From an archaeon (lineage in GTDB: Archaea; Nanobdellota; Nanobdellia; Pacearchaeales; GW2011-AR1), in assembly GCA_027343665.1 (NCBI GenBank), contig DAHWKL010000002.1, positions 45,386 to 109,385 on the forward strand: 64,000 bases of DNA, written 5' to 3'. The notes beneath the pieces are model-generated. The model was not told the DNA's origin. It saw nothing but the letters and a program-made list of their open reading frames with translations, and made no database searches. Made by a program: the position numbers and the translations under genes. This document shows, one piece after another, positions 46,087 to 54,344 of this stretch. Position 1 is the stretch's first letter, and every line of letters begins with the position of its first letter.

Positions 46087-46572
46087 TTATACACCTAAAC
46101 TTTCCTCGCTCAGGAATTTTCCATAATCGGAAGATTTCTTCTTTGAAAAACTCCCGTTATTTTCCCTGAACTCATAATTCCCCTTTCTCGATCCGACGAT
46201 TTCAGTAGCATACTTTAAGAAAGCTTCATAATCGGGAAGACCTCTATATTCTATTTCCTGGCTAATCTTTTTCGCAAAAGCTATTCCGTATTTCATTCCA
46301 TTTGAGATTCCTCTGTCCTGGTAAACAATTCTCTTTTCAGCGAGTTTTCCCCATGCGATGCCCGCATCAATTCCGAGGCTCCTTTCCTCTTCCACCATAT
46401 CATTTAGCACACCCTCCTGCGTGTAAAACAAATGCGACGCGAAAGGAAACTCTCCCTTGAGCAAAGAATCATGAACACATGCCCTTGCATACAGAATATT
46501 CAGATTAGTATCCAAATAATTTTCTCCTCTAAAAGGGCTTTCAATAATCACCAACTTTCCGATATTTCCCAT
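46087..46572 (-). CDS. hypothetical protein, DUF4406/nucleoside-deoxyribosyltransferase-like (phage-associated family)
   Basis: LVIIESPFRGENYLDTNLNILYARACVHDSLLKGEFPFASHLFY...ISNGMKYGIAFAKK resembles the xSPYxG...N..YA...P.APHL...S.GM family pattern, from memory only. Confidence 0.4.
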   Translation of the reverse strand: MGNIGKLVIIESPFRGENYLDTNLNILYARACVHDSLLKGEFPFASHLFYTQEGVLNDMVEEERSLGIDAGIAWGKLAEKRIVYQDRGISNGMKYGIAFAKKISQEIEYRGLPDYEAFLKYATEIVGSRKGNYEFRENNGSFSKKKSSDYGKFLSEESLGV

Positions 46573-46633
46573 TGGCTTGTACCAAAACCAAAGTTAATAA
46601 ATATTTATATTCTAAAAACACAAAATCCGGGAT

Positions 46634-46939
46634 TTATCTGTATTCTCTCTTTGTATAACCGCATTTCGCACACTTGAAGAATTTAGTAGGAGACTCATCA
46701 CTTGATCTGGTCTGCACCATCCAAAAATAAGCCTTGTCATGTCCGCATTTGGGACAAACTTCGGAAACTATAGGCTCAGTCTTGAAATCTTTTTTCAGGA
46801 CAGCCACTTCGCTATGATCCTCTATTTTCTCTTTTGTCGAAAGCTTTACCATGCCTTTTTTTGTATAACCACACCTAGGACATGCGCTGTTCTTGACCTT
46901 TGACATTAATACAGAGCCGCATTTGGGGCAAAATTCCAT
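46634..46939 (-). CDS. tfs: transcription factor S (TFIIS/RpoM-type)
   Basis: N-terminal ribbon CPKCGS...CPRCGY and C-terminal ribbon CPKCGHDKAYFWMVQTRSSDESPTKFFKCAKCGY with the acidic loop. Confidence 0.9.
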   Translation of the reverse strand: MEFCPKCGSVLMSKVKNSACPRCGYTKKGMVKLSTKEKIEDHSEVAVLKKDFKTEPIVSEVCPKCGHDKAYFWMVQTRSSDESPTKFFKCAKCGYTKREYR

Positions 46940-47097
46940 AGGTTTTTAGATGGATAAATCATTTATATAGTTTATGATTTACTGATTTTGCCCAAAGAAG
47001 TTCAAAAGATTATATGAAAATTATTTCATACAACTCTGTTTGGATAAAAATTTAAAGGGCTTATTTATTATAACCCCATAAAAGGAGGTAAAAAAAG

Positions 47098-47442
47098 ATG
47101 GGAGAAATGAAAGATCTTCTAAACGAAGCAAATGATTCACTTGGACGATTCTCAAAAGCGTGGCCTGAACAGATGAAAGGGTTCGGAGCTTTCATGCAAG
47201 CTGTAGAATCTCCTGGTGCGCTCGACTCAAAGCAAAAAGAGCTTATCGCTGTTGCGTTGTCAATAAATGCACATTGCCATTGGTGTATTGCTTACCACGT
47301 AAGCGGCGCTATGGAAAAAGGTGCGACCGATAAAGAGGTCATGGAAGCTGCATGGGTTGCTGTTCTCATGGGGGGAGGACCCGCAGTTATGTACATGCAA
47401 CTTGTTGAGAAAGCGGTGAACGAATTCAAGAAGAAAAAGTGA
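47098..47442 (+). CDS. carboxymuconolactone decarboxylase/AhpD-like protein
   Basis: ELIAVALSINAHCHWCIAYH (CxxC...H). Strong SD AAGGAGGT at 47084-47091. Confidence 0.75.
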   Translation: MGEMKDLLNEANDSLGRFSKAWPEQMKGFGAFMQAVESPGALDSKQKELIAVALSINAHCHWCIAYHVSGAMEKGATDKEVMEAAWVAVLMGGGPAVMYMQLVEKAVNEFKKKK

Positions 47443-47553
47443 ACCGCCTGATTTGATTAGGTATTGTTTATTTTTATTGAACGAAGAACGGCCGAAGATG
47501 AATTCTCATCCAAAGTCATAAGAGCCAGAACGGCCGTTTCTTGGAAATTTTTG

Positions 47554-48198
47554 TTATTTGGTTCTGGCAACAACCCTCACATCAACTGCAAAACCTTTCT
47601 TGTCTGTAAGAGTGAACGGATTAATATCTAGTTCTTCAATTTCTCTGCGTTTATCCGGAAGTTTGGATATGGAGACAAGAGACTTTTTCAAATCATCAAT
47701 ATTAACTTTCATCCCTCTAAAGCCATAAAATATTTTCGAAGACTTCAGGGAGTCGATCATCTCCTGCGCATCATCCGGGGTTATGGGACATCTCCTTGTT
47801 GAAGTGTCTTTAAGAGCTTCGGTGAATACCCCGCCAAGACCAAAAAGGATCATTGGACCAAATATAGGATCTTTCTTTATTCCAATGATTGTTTCTATCC
47901 CTTTGACAAATTCCTGGACAAAAATCCCATCAAGAACAATATTATGTGTTTTAGCAGTATTAACAAGATCGTTAAATGCTGAACTGAGATAAGATTGCTC
48001 CATCACTATTTTCACGCCTCCAACCTCTGTTTTGTGAACTGCATCCTTTGAAAGCATTTTCAAAACAAGTGGCGTCTTTATTGATATCTCTGAAACGCTC
48101 TTCACAACCTGAGACTGGGGAGCCGAAACAAACTTCTTTACCAGTTCGGCGGATTCCGCAGCATCCATCACCTTATTTTCCATCTTTAAAAAAAACAT
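47554..48198 (-). CDS. acdB: acetate--CoA ligase (ADP-forming) beta subunit (ATP-grasp)
   Basis: PLVLKMLSKDAVHKTEVGGVKIV...DPIFGPMILFGLGGVFTEALKD...ELDINP matches the ACD beta pattern. Confidence 0.7.
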   Translation of the reverse strand: MFFLKMENKVMDAAESAELVKKFVSAPQSQVVKSVSEISIKTPLVLKMLSKDAVHKTEVGGVKIVMEQSYLSSAFNDLVNTAKTHNIVLDGIFVQEFVKGIETIIGIKKDPIFGPMILFGLGGVFTEALKDTSTRRCPITPDDAQEMIDSLKSSKIFYGFRGMKVNIDDLKKSLVSISKLPDKRREIEELDINPFTLTDKKGFAVDVRVVARTK

Positions 48199-48248
48199 TA
48201 TCTGCTTAAATAATTTTGTTTTCTCCTTGCAGATACCACCTTCATAAA

Positions 48249-48257
48249 TTTTATAAA
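48249..48257 (+). promoter_or_regulatory. TATA-like box TTTTATAAA upstream of the E1-alpha gene
   Basis: Lies 31 nt upstream of ATG 48288. Position-only evidence. Confidence 0.3.
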
Positions 48258-48287
48258 GAACCCTCGCGTTTTTGGAAGGTCAGCAAA

Positions 48288-49358
48288 ATGAAAGTAATAA
48301 ATGGGTGTGAGGTGACTTATCTGCAAGTTCTTGACGAGACCGGGAAAATTGTAAATAAGAAAGATATGCCAAAATTATCAAAAGAGGAATTGAAAAAATT
48401 ATATTATCTAATGCTCCTGTCAAGAACTTTTGATGGGGAATCAATTTCGCTGCAAAGACAAGGGAGAATTTACACTTATGCTTCACTTTATGGTCAAGAA
48501 GCAGCACAAGTCGGGTCAGCCTTTGCCATGGGAAAAGATGATATAGCTTTCCCGTCTTTCAGAGAACACGCTGTGGCACTGACAAGAGGAGCGAAGCCAG
48601 AAGGAATTTTTTTGTACCACAAAGGAGATGAAAGAGGTGCGGTTTCCAAAGAAGTGAATGTTTTCTCACCTTCAATTCCGGTTGGCTCTCAGATCCCCCA
48701 TGCTGCAGGAGCAGGGATGGCTTTTGCTTATCAAAAAAAGAAGGCTGCAGCAGTGGGATATTTCGGTGATGGATCAACCTCCAAGGGAGACTTCCACGAA
48801 GCTATGAATTTCGCAGGTGTCTTCGGTGCCCATACGGTCTTCTTGTGCCAGAACAATCAATTCGCAATATCCCTTCCTATAGCAGAACAGACAGAAGCCC
48901 AAACTATAGCTCAAAAAGCGATAGCTTATGGTATGAAAGGAATAAGAGTCGACGGGAATGATATCCTCGCCGTCTACAAAGCGACAAAAGATGCCCTTGA
49001 AGATGCTTATAAAGGTAATCCTACTTTGATTGAATGCTTAACTTACAGGCTCGGTGATCACACGACTTCAGATGACGCTTCAAAATACAGGAAACCTGAA
49101 GAAGCAAAAAAACATGAGAAGTTCGAGCCAATTTCAAGATTTAAAAAATATTTGATGAAAACTAAAATTCTAACGGAAACCGAAGACAAGAAAATTCAGG
49201 AACAGATAAAAAAAGAGATAGAAGAAGGGGTCAAAAACTTTGAAGCTATGAAACCTTATCCACCTGAAGATATAATAAACTATTTGTTCGAGAAACTGCC
49301 TGATGAATTGCTTCCAGAATTAGAAGAAATAAAACTTAGCGCAGGGGAGGCTAAATGA
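48288..49358 (+). CDS. pdhA: 2-oxoacid dehydrogenase E1 alpha subunit (TPP-binding)
   Basis: ORF 48216..49358, with an internal ATG 48288 after GGAAGGT. TPP motif GYFGDGSTSKGDFHEAMNFAGV. Confidence 0.85.
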   Translation: MKVINGCEVTYLQVLDETGKIVNKKDMPKLSKEELKKLYYLMLLSRTFDGESISLQRQGRIYTYASLYGQEAAQVGSAFAMGKDDIAFPSFREHAVALTRGAKPEGIFLYHKGDERGAVSKEVNVFSPSIPVGSQIPHAAGAGMAFAYQKKKAAAVGYFGDGSTSKGDFHEAMNFAGVFGAHTVFLCQNNQFAISLPIAEQTEAQTIAQKAIAYGMKGIRVDGNDILAVYKATKDALEDAYKGNPTLIECLTYRLGDHTTSDDASKYRKPEEAKKHEKFEPISRFKKYLMKTKILTETEDKKIQEQIKKEIEEGVKNFEAMKPYPPEDIINYLFEKLPDELLPELEEIKLSAGEAK

Positions 49359-50122
49359 GTTTGGAATTAAAAGTTATAGAACTTGGAGAAAAATCATTTC
49401 AGGAGATAGAGACTATCCAAGAAAATTTGTCTGAACTTAGAGCAGAAGAAAAAATCGGGGATACAATCTTAATAGCTTCCCACCCCCCAACATTGACTAC
49501 AGGAATAAATTATGAATGGAACATCGTACATGTTCCGATAGAATCCTTGCCAAAATATGGGATAGCTTATTATCAAAGAAAAGGAGCCGGAGGAGCAACA
49601 ATACTTGAGCCTGGACAGGTGGTTTTTTATCCAGTGATAAACCTCAAGGGGGTAAACAAAAGCTCATGGACATATATGAGAACAGTTGAAGAAATAGTTT
49701 ATAATGTTGCAAAAGGGATGGGGGCTAATGTCGAATTAGGAAAAGAGTTTAATGAGGCTGTAAAGAGAGATTATAGCTGTGTGTGGCACATTTCTAAAAG
49801 TGGCAAAAAAGAGAAATTCCTCGCACAGGGGTATAAAACTTCTTTTAGTAATAGAATAATAACAAATGGGGGGTTCTCCGTTTATGTTGATAAAAGGGCA
49901 CATAAAAATTTTGAGTTGATAGACCACTGTGGATTTAACATGGATAAAGTTGGGGTAACCAGTTTTGAAGAAATGCTTGGCTTTACACCGTCAGAAGAGA
50001 ACATCAAAAACAAAATTTTATCTGAATTAAAGAATAAGCTTGGATACACCTCTATAATCAGAGAAGATGGAATCCAACAACCCATCCTAGAAGAATATCA
50101 ATTAATGGGGGCGGCAGCATGA
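49355..50122 (+). CDS. lipoyl(octanoyl) transferase, LipB/LplA family
   Basis: QRKGAGGATILEPGQVVFYPVINL (RGG..T.HGPGQ-like). ATGA overlaps at both ends (49355-49358, 50119-50122). Confidence 0.65.
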   Translation: MSLELKVIELGEKSFQEIETIQENLSELRAEEKIGDTILIASHPPTLTTGINYEWNIVHVPIESLPKYGIAYYQRKGAGGATILEPGQVVFYPVINLKGVNKSSWTYMRTVEEIVYNVAKGMGANVELGKEFNEAVKRDYSCVWHISKSGKKEKFLAQGYKTSFSNRIITNGGFSVYVDKRAHKNFELIDHCGFNMDKVGVTSFEEMLGFTPSEENIKNKILSELKNKLGYTSIIREDGIQQPILEEYQLMGAAA

Positions 50123-51093
50123 CAGAAATGAACATGGTCGATGCGATAAATAGCGCACTTGATAATGAGATGGCAAATGACAAATCAATAGTTCTTCTTG
50201 GCGAGGATATAGGCGAGGACGGTGGGGTCTTTAGAGTTACAGACGGGCTCGCAAAAAAATACGGAAACAATCGCGTCATGGATTCACCACTTGCAGAAGC
50301 AGGGATTATGGGAGTTTCAATTGGAATGGCAGTGATGGGCTTAAAACCAATTCTAGAGATACAATTTGACGGGTTCTCGATAACAACACTTGATCAAGTC
50401 TATAATCACGCTTCAAGAATAAGAAACAGATCAAGAGGATTATATCATTGCCCCATAACTTTAAGATGTCCGATTGGTGGAGGGATAAGAGCTCTTGAGC
50501 ACCACTCAGAATCACCAGAGACTTTTTTTGCCCACATACCTGGAATAAAAGTTGTGATACCCTCAGGACCTTATGAAGCAAAAGGGTTGTTGATCTCATC
50601 TATAAGAGACCCTGATCCAGTTATTTTCTACGAACCAAAAAGGATATATCGTGCGATAAAAGAAGACGTACCGGAAACAGCTTACACAATTCCCCTCGGA
50701 AAAGCAAAAGTTGTGAGAGAAGGAAATTCCATGACGCTTATAACTTATGGTTCATGGTTAAGGGAATCGCTTGAAGCAGTGGATGAACTGAAAGCTGATG
50801 TTGAGGTCATTGACTTGAGGACTATATCTCCCTTAGATACTGAAACCATAATAAATTCTGTCAAAAAAACGGGAAGGGTGGTCATTGTCCATGAAGCTCC
50901 GAAAAACCTAGGGGTAGCTGCAGAAATAATAGCAAGGATAAATGAAAGTGCGTTCTATTCACTTGAAGCACCAATTGAAAGGGTCACTGGTTATGACACA
51001 ATAATGCCACTCGCATCATACGAAAAATTGTACTTATTAAACAAGGAGAAAATTGGGAAAGCAATAACAAAAGTACTTTCTATAAAAGAATAA
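50119..51093 (+). CDS. pdhB: 2-oxoacid dehydrogenase E1 beta subunit
   Basis: VLLGEDIGEDGGVFRVTDGLAKKYGNNRVMDSPLAEAGIMG. Confidence 0.9.
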   Translation: MTEMNMVDAINSALDNEMANDKSIVLLGEDIGEDGGVFRVTDGLAKKYGNNRVMDSPLAEAGIMGVSIGMAVMGLKPILEIQFDGFSITTLDQVYNHASRIRNRSRGLYHCPITLRCPIGGGIRALEHHSESPETFFAHIPGIKVVIPSGPYEAKGLLISSIRDPDPVIFYEPKRIYRAIKEDVPETAYTIPLGKAKVVREGNSMTLITYGSWLRESLEAVDELKADVEVIDLRTISPLDTETIINSVKKTGRVVIVHEAPKNLGVAAEIIARINESAFYSLEAPIERVTGYDTIMPLASYEKLYLLNKEKIGKAITKVLSIKE

Positions 51094-52454
51094 TGGCATA
51101 TGATTTCAAATTTCCCGATGTGGGCGAGGGGATAACTGAAGGGGAACTTGTGAAATGGCTTGTGAAAGAAGGTGACAATGTCAAAGAGAATCAGAATATC
51201 GTCCAGATTGAGACTGATAAATCCGTTGTGGATTTACCTTCGCCAAAAACCGGAAAAATTTTTAAATTAAATTTCAAGAATGGGAACACTGTCAAAGTAG
51301 GGGCAACACTTTGCACAATCGACGATGGATCCGGAGCACCGGCAAAAGAAGAAAAACCAGCACCCGTCGAAAAAGAAGAGTCAAAAAAGTCATCCGAAAA
51401 AAAGGCTGAAACAAAGTCTGAGAAATCTGATCCAAAGAAAATAGAAGCAACTGTGAAAGAAGAGAAAAAAAATGACACTCAGAAGACGCAGAAAAAAGGC
51501 CTTGCAGTAGTCGGAGTTTTGGAAGAAGCTCCAGACACACCCGATATTGAATATAGGTCCCATGTTGCAGTAAAAAAAGGCGAAATCCAAAGCAACAAAA
51601 TTTTGGCATCCCCGGAAATCAGAGCAATTGCAAGAGAAGGTGGAATAAATCTCCTTAAGATAAAAGGAAGCGGAAATGACGGAAGAATTCTGAAAAAAGA
51701 TCTTCCGACAACAACAGAAATCCCCCAGCAGATAATCCCAGTCACAAAGCTTGAGACTCCTGCAGGGAACATTGAAAGAATTCCGTTAAAAGGGATAAGA
51801 AAAGCCATAAGTGATAATCTGACAATTTCTAACATGATACCTCAAGTAACTGCTATGGAAGATGTGAATATTACAAAACTGTGGAATCTGAAAGAAAAAG
51901 AGAAAAAGAAAATTAAAGAGATACATCTGACTCTTCTTCCATTCTTAGTTAAAGCGGTCATAGCAGTCCTGAAAGAAAATCCTTACTTCAACGGATATCT
52001 TGACACTGAAGAAAATGAAATAATAGTCAAAAAGTTTTACAATATAGGAATCGCGGTTGAAACCCCAGTTGGCCTTGTCGTTCCTTCAATCAAAAATACC
52101 GATACAATGACTATAGTTGACATTTCAAAAGCGATAAATGACCTTGCTTCAAAGGCGAGAGACAGAAAAATTGCTCCTGATGAACTAAAAGGTTCGACTT
52201 TTACAATAACAAATTACGGATCGATTGGAGGGACTTACGCAACACCATTGATAAATCCTGGCGAAAGTGCAGTTCTTGGTATCGGGAGAATCTTTGACAG
52301 TTTAGATATAAACAACCCAAAAAAGAAGATAAAAGTTCTTCCCTTATCACTTACATTCGATCACAGAATAATAGACGGTGCTGAGGCTTCAAGATTTTTG
52401 GAAACACTCAAGGCTTATCTTGAAGATCCGAGTCACCTTTTCATAGAAATTTAA
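51093..52454 (+). CDS. pdhC: dihydrolipoamide acyltransferase E2
   Basis: Lipoyl domain IETDKSVVDLPSP, K/E-rich linker, E3-binding domain SPEIRAIAREGGINLLKIKGSGNDGRILKKDL, catalytic DHRIIDG. Confidence 0.9.
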   Translation: MAYDFKFPDVGEGITEGELVKWLVKEGDNVKENQNIVQIETDKSVVDLPSPKTGKIFKLNFKNGNTVKVGATLCTIDDGSGAPAKEEKPAPVEKEESKKSSEKKAETKSEKSDPKKIEATVKEEKKNDTQKTQKKGLAVVGVLEEAPDTPDIEYRSHVAVKKGEIQSNKILASPEIRAIAREGGINLLKIKGSGNDGRILKKDLPTTTEIPQQIIPVTKLETPAGNIERIPLKGIRKAISDNLTISNMIPQVTAMEDVNITKLWNLKEKEKKKIKEIHLTLLPFLVKAVIAVLKENPYFNGYLDTEENEIIVKKFYNIGIAVETPVGLVVPSIKNTDTMTIVDISKAINDLASKARDRKIAPDELKGSTFTITNYGSIGGTYATPLINPGESAVLGIGRIFDSLDINNPKKKIKVLPLSLTFDHRIIDGAEASRFLETLKAYLEDPSHLFIEI

Positions 52455-52504
52455 GATTCACATTCAAAAAAAGAGGCCACGAAAAAACCTTCGCAGTATG
52501 GTAA

Positions 52505-53869
52505 ATGGAACTTAAGAATTTATTCAACCCTAAAACAGTTGCAGTGATAGGAGCTTCACGAAACCCGGAGAAAGTCGGGAATGTTCTCATGAAAAATATA
52601 ATGGAATCAAGTTCAAAAAGAATTGTAATTCCGATAAATCCAAATGCTCCTGAAATTCTCGGAAAAAAATCTTATAAAAACATCAAAGAAGTGAAAGAAA
52701 AAGTAGATTTGGCGATAATAGCAGTTCCTGCAAAATTTGTCTTGGAGTCAGTCAAAGAATGCAATGATAAAGGTGTAAAAGATTTGGTCATTGTGACCTC
52801 AGGTTTCTCAGAAATGGGGGACAAAACAGCCGAAGATAATCTCAAAAGTTTTCTCGATCAAAATAAAATGAGGGCCGTTGGAGTGAATTGTCTTGGGATA
52901 TATGACGCCCAGTCTTCCCTGAACGCGCTTTTCATACCAAGAGAAAGAATGAAATTCCCAAAACCCGGAGGGATAAGTTTTGTGTGTCAATCCGGAGCAA
53001 TCGGCCTTGCCATAATAGACCTAGCAGCTGCAAGAGGCTATAGATTCTCAAAATTTGTGAGCTATGGTAATGCAACACAGCTTGATGAATCAGATTATTT
53101 GGAATACCTCTCTAATGATAAAGATACAAAAGTCATATGCATGTATATTGAAGGTGTGAAAGATGGAAAGAAATTCTTTGAGACTGCAAAAAAAGTAGCA
53201 AAGAAAAAACCAATAGTAGTTGTTAAAGGAGGCCTCTCTGAGGAAGGCAAAAAAGCGGCATTGTCGCATACTGGAAGCCTTGCAGGGGCCAAAGAAACGT
53301 ATTTTGGAATATTTGACCAAGTTAATATTATAAAAACAGACAATCTTGAAGAGATGTTCAATGTTGCAAGTGTCCTTGAAAACCCTATCGAAATAAAAGG
53401 GAATCGCGTTCAGATAATAACAAATGGCGGTGGTTACGGAATCGTTTCGACAGATGCTATTTCGGCATCAAAAAATTTGAAATTTGCTGAACTCTCAGAA
53501 AAAACCCAAAAAGAGTTGAAAAAAACAATGCCGGATTATGTGCACATAAGAAATCCTCTTGATATCTCGGGAGATGCGACAAGCCAAAGATACAAGGATG
53601 CACTCACAAATATTTTACCGGACAAAAACGTCGATGTGATAATTTTAGTCGCACTTTATCAGACCCCATTGATCACTGAAGACATAACTAACATAATCTC
53701 GAGAGCTAAAGCAGGAACAAAAAAACCAATTGTAGTCATCTCAACAGGTTCTGACTTCACAGAGAAACTCTCCCAGAAGCTCGAAGAGCACAACATCCCT
53801 GTCTTCATGTTCCCTCATTCTGCAATAACTGCTCTCGACAAGATTGTGGGATATATGAAGAAGAGATAA
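52505..53869 (+). CDS. acdA: acetate--CoA ligase (ADP-forming) alpha subunit
   Basis: KTVAVIGASRNPEKVG CoA-binding N-terminus and SHTGSLAG phosphohistidine loop. Confidence 0.8.
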   Translation: MELKNLFNPKTVAVIGASRNPEKVGNVLMKNIMESSSKRIVIPINPNAPEILGKKSYKNIKEVKEKVDLAIIAVPAKFVLESVKECNDKGVKDLVIVTSGFSEMGDKTAEDNLKSFLDQNKMRAVGVNCLGIYDAQSSLNALFIPRERMKFPKPGGISFVCQSGAIGLAIIDLAAARGYRFSKFVSYGNATQLDESDYLEYLSNDKDTKVICMYIEGVKDGKKFFETAKKVAKKKPIVVVKGGLSEEGKKAALSHTGSLAGAKETYFGIFDQVNIIKTDNLEEMFNVASVLENPIEIKGNRVQIITNGGGYGIVSTDAISASKNLKFAELSEKTQKELKKTMPDYVHIRNPLDISGDATSQRYKDALTNILPDKNVDVIILVALYQTPLITEDITNIISRAKAGTKKPIVVISTGSDFTEKLSQKLEEHNIPVFMFPHSAITALDKIVGYMKKR

Positions 53870-53891
53870 GAAAAGGTAGTGAATCTAAAAG

Positions 53892-54344
53892 ATGGTGCTT
53901 ACAGAAAAGATACTCATTTTGTTTCTTTTTATTCTTATTATAATAATCTTGATAATAAAGCTCTTTTTTCACCGCCAGGTAGAAAAAATTTATAGGCATA
54001 GTAAAAAGATTAACACTGGAAACTTGAATGAATCTCTTAAGTTTTGGAGAAGCAAGATTGGTCTTAACAAAAATTTAATAATAGAAGTAGAAATAACAAA
54101 CAGAAGAGATTTTTTGTTACAAAAAATAGGGGGAGCATATATGAAAATGATTTCTCCCAATAAAAAATATTACATAAAAATGTATTATAAAAAATCTAAT
54201 GAAGGTGTTTTGTTACATGAATTATCTCATATAAAGTTTAGACATGAAGAGTTAAAAAAGAGGGGAATAAAAAGACCGTTTGAAAAAGAAGCAAATAACA
54301 ACGTTCTTAGGTATAAATTAGAATTAGAAAAGAGGATATCTTAA
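53892..54344 (+). CDS. membrane-anchored minimal HExxH zinc-metallopeptidase-like protein
   Basis: N-terminal TM ILILFLFILIIIILIIKLFF and HELSHIKFRH (HExxHx4H) near the C-terminus. Confidence 0.45.
   Translation: MVLTEKILILFLFILIIIILIIKLFFHRQVEKIYRHSKKINTGNLNESLKFWRSKIGLNKNLIIEVEITNRRDFLLQKIGGAYMKMISPNKKYYIKMYYKKSNEGVLLHELSHIKFRHEELKKRGIKRPFEKEANNNVLRYKLELEKRIS

Noticed and set aside
46955-46981. 8-bp inverted repeat TAAATCAT(11 nt)ATGATTTA around a TTATATAG box between tfs and the AhpD-like gene
   Set aside because: Entirely AT-rich and short, so chance occurrence is likely in this base composition.
47485-47536. GC-rich 10-nt direct repeat AGAACGGCCG (47485-47494 and 47527-47536), with a near-palindrome AGAACGGCCGTTTCT between convergent genes
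   Set aside because: Short, with only two copies, and the palindrome is imperfect. Most simply a bidirectional 3'-end structure with nothing further to support a function.
51330-51500. K/E/S-rich repetitive stretch that generates several antisense ORFs
   Set aside because: It is the flexible linker between the lipoyl and E3-binding domains of E2, not a repeat element or separate gene.
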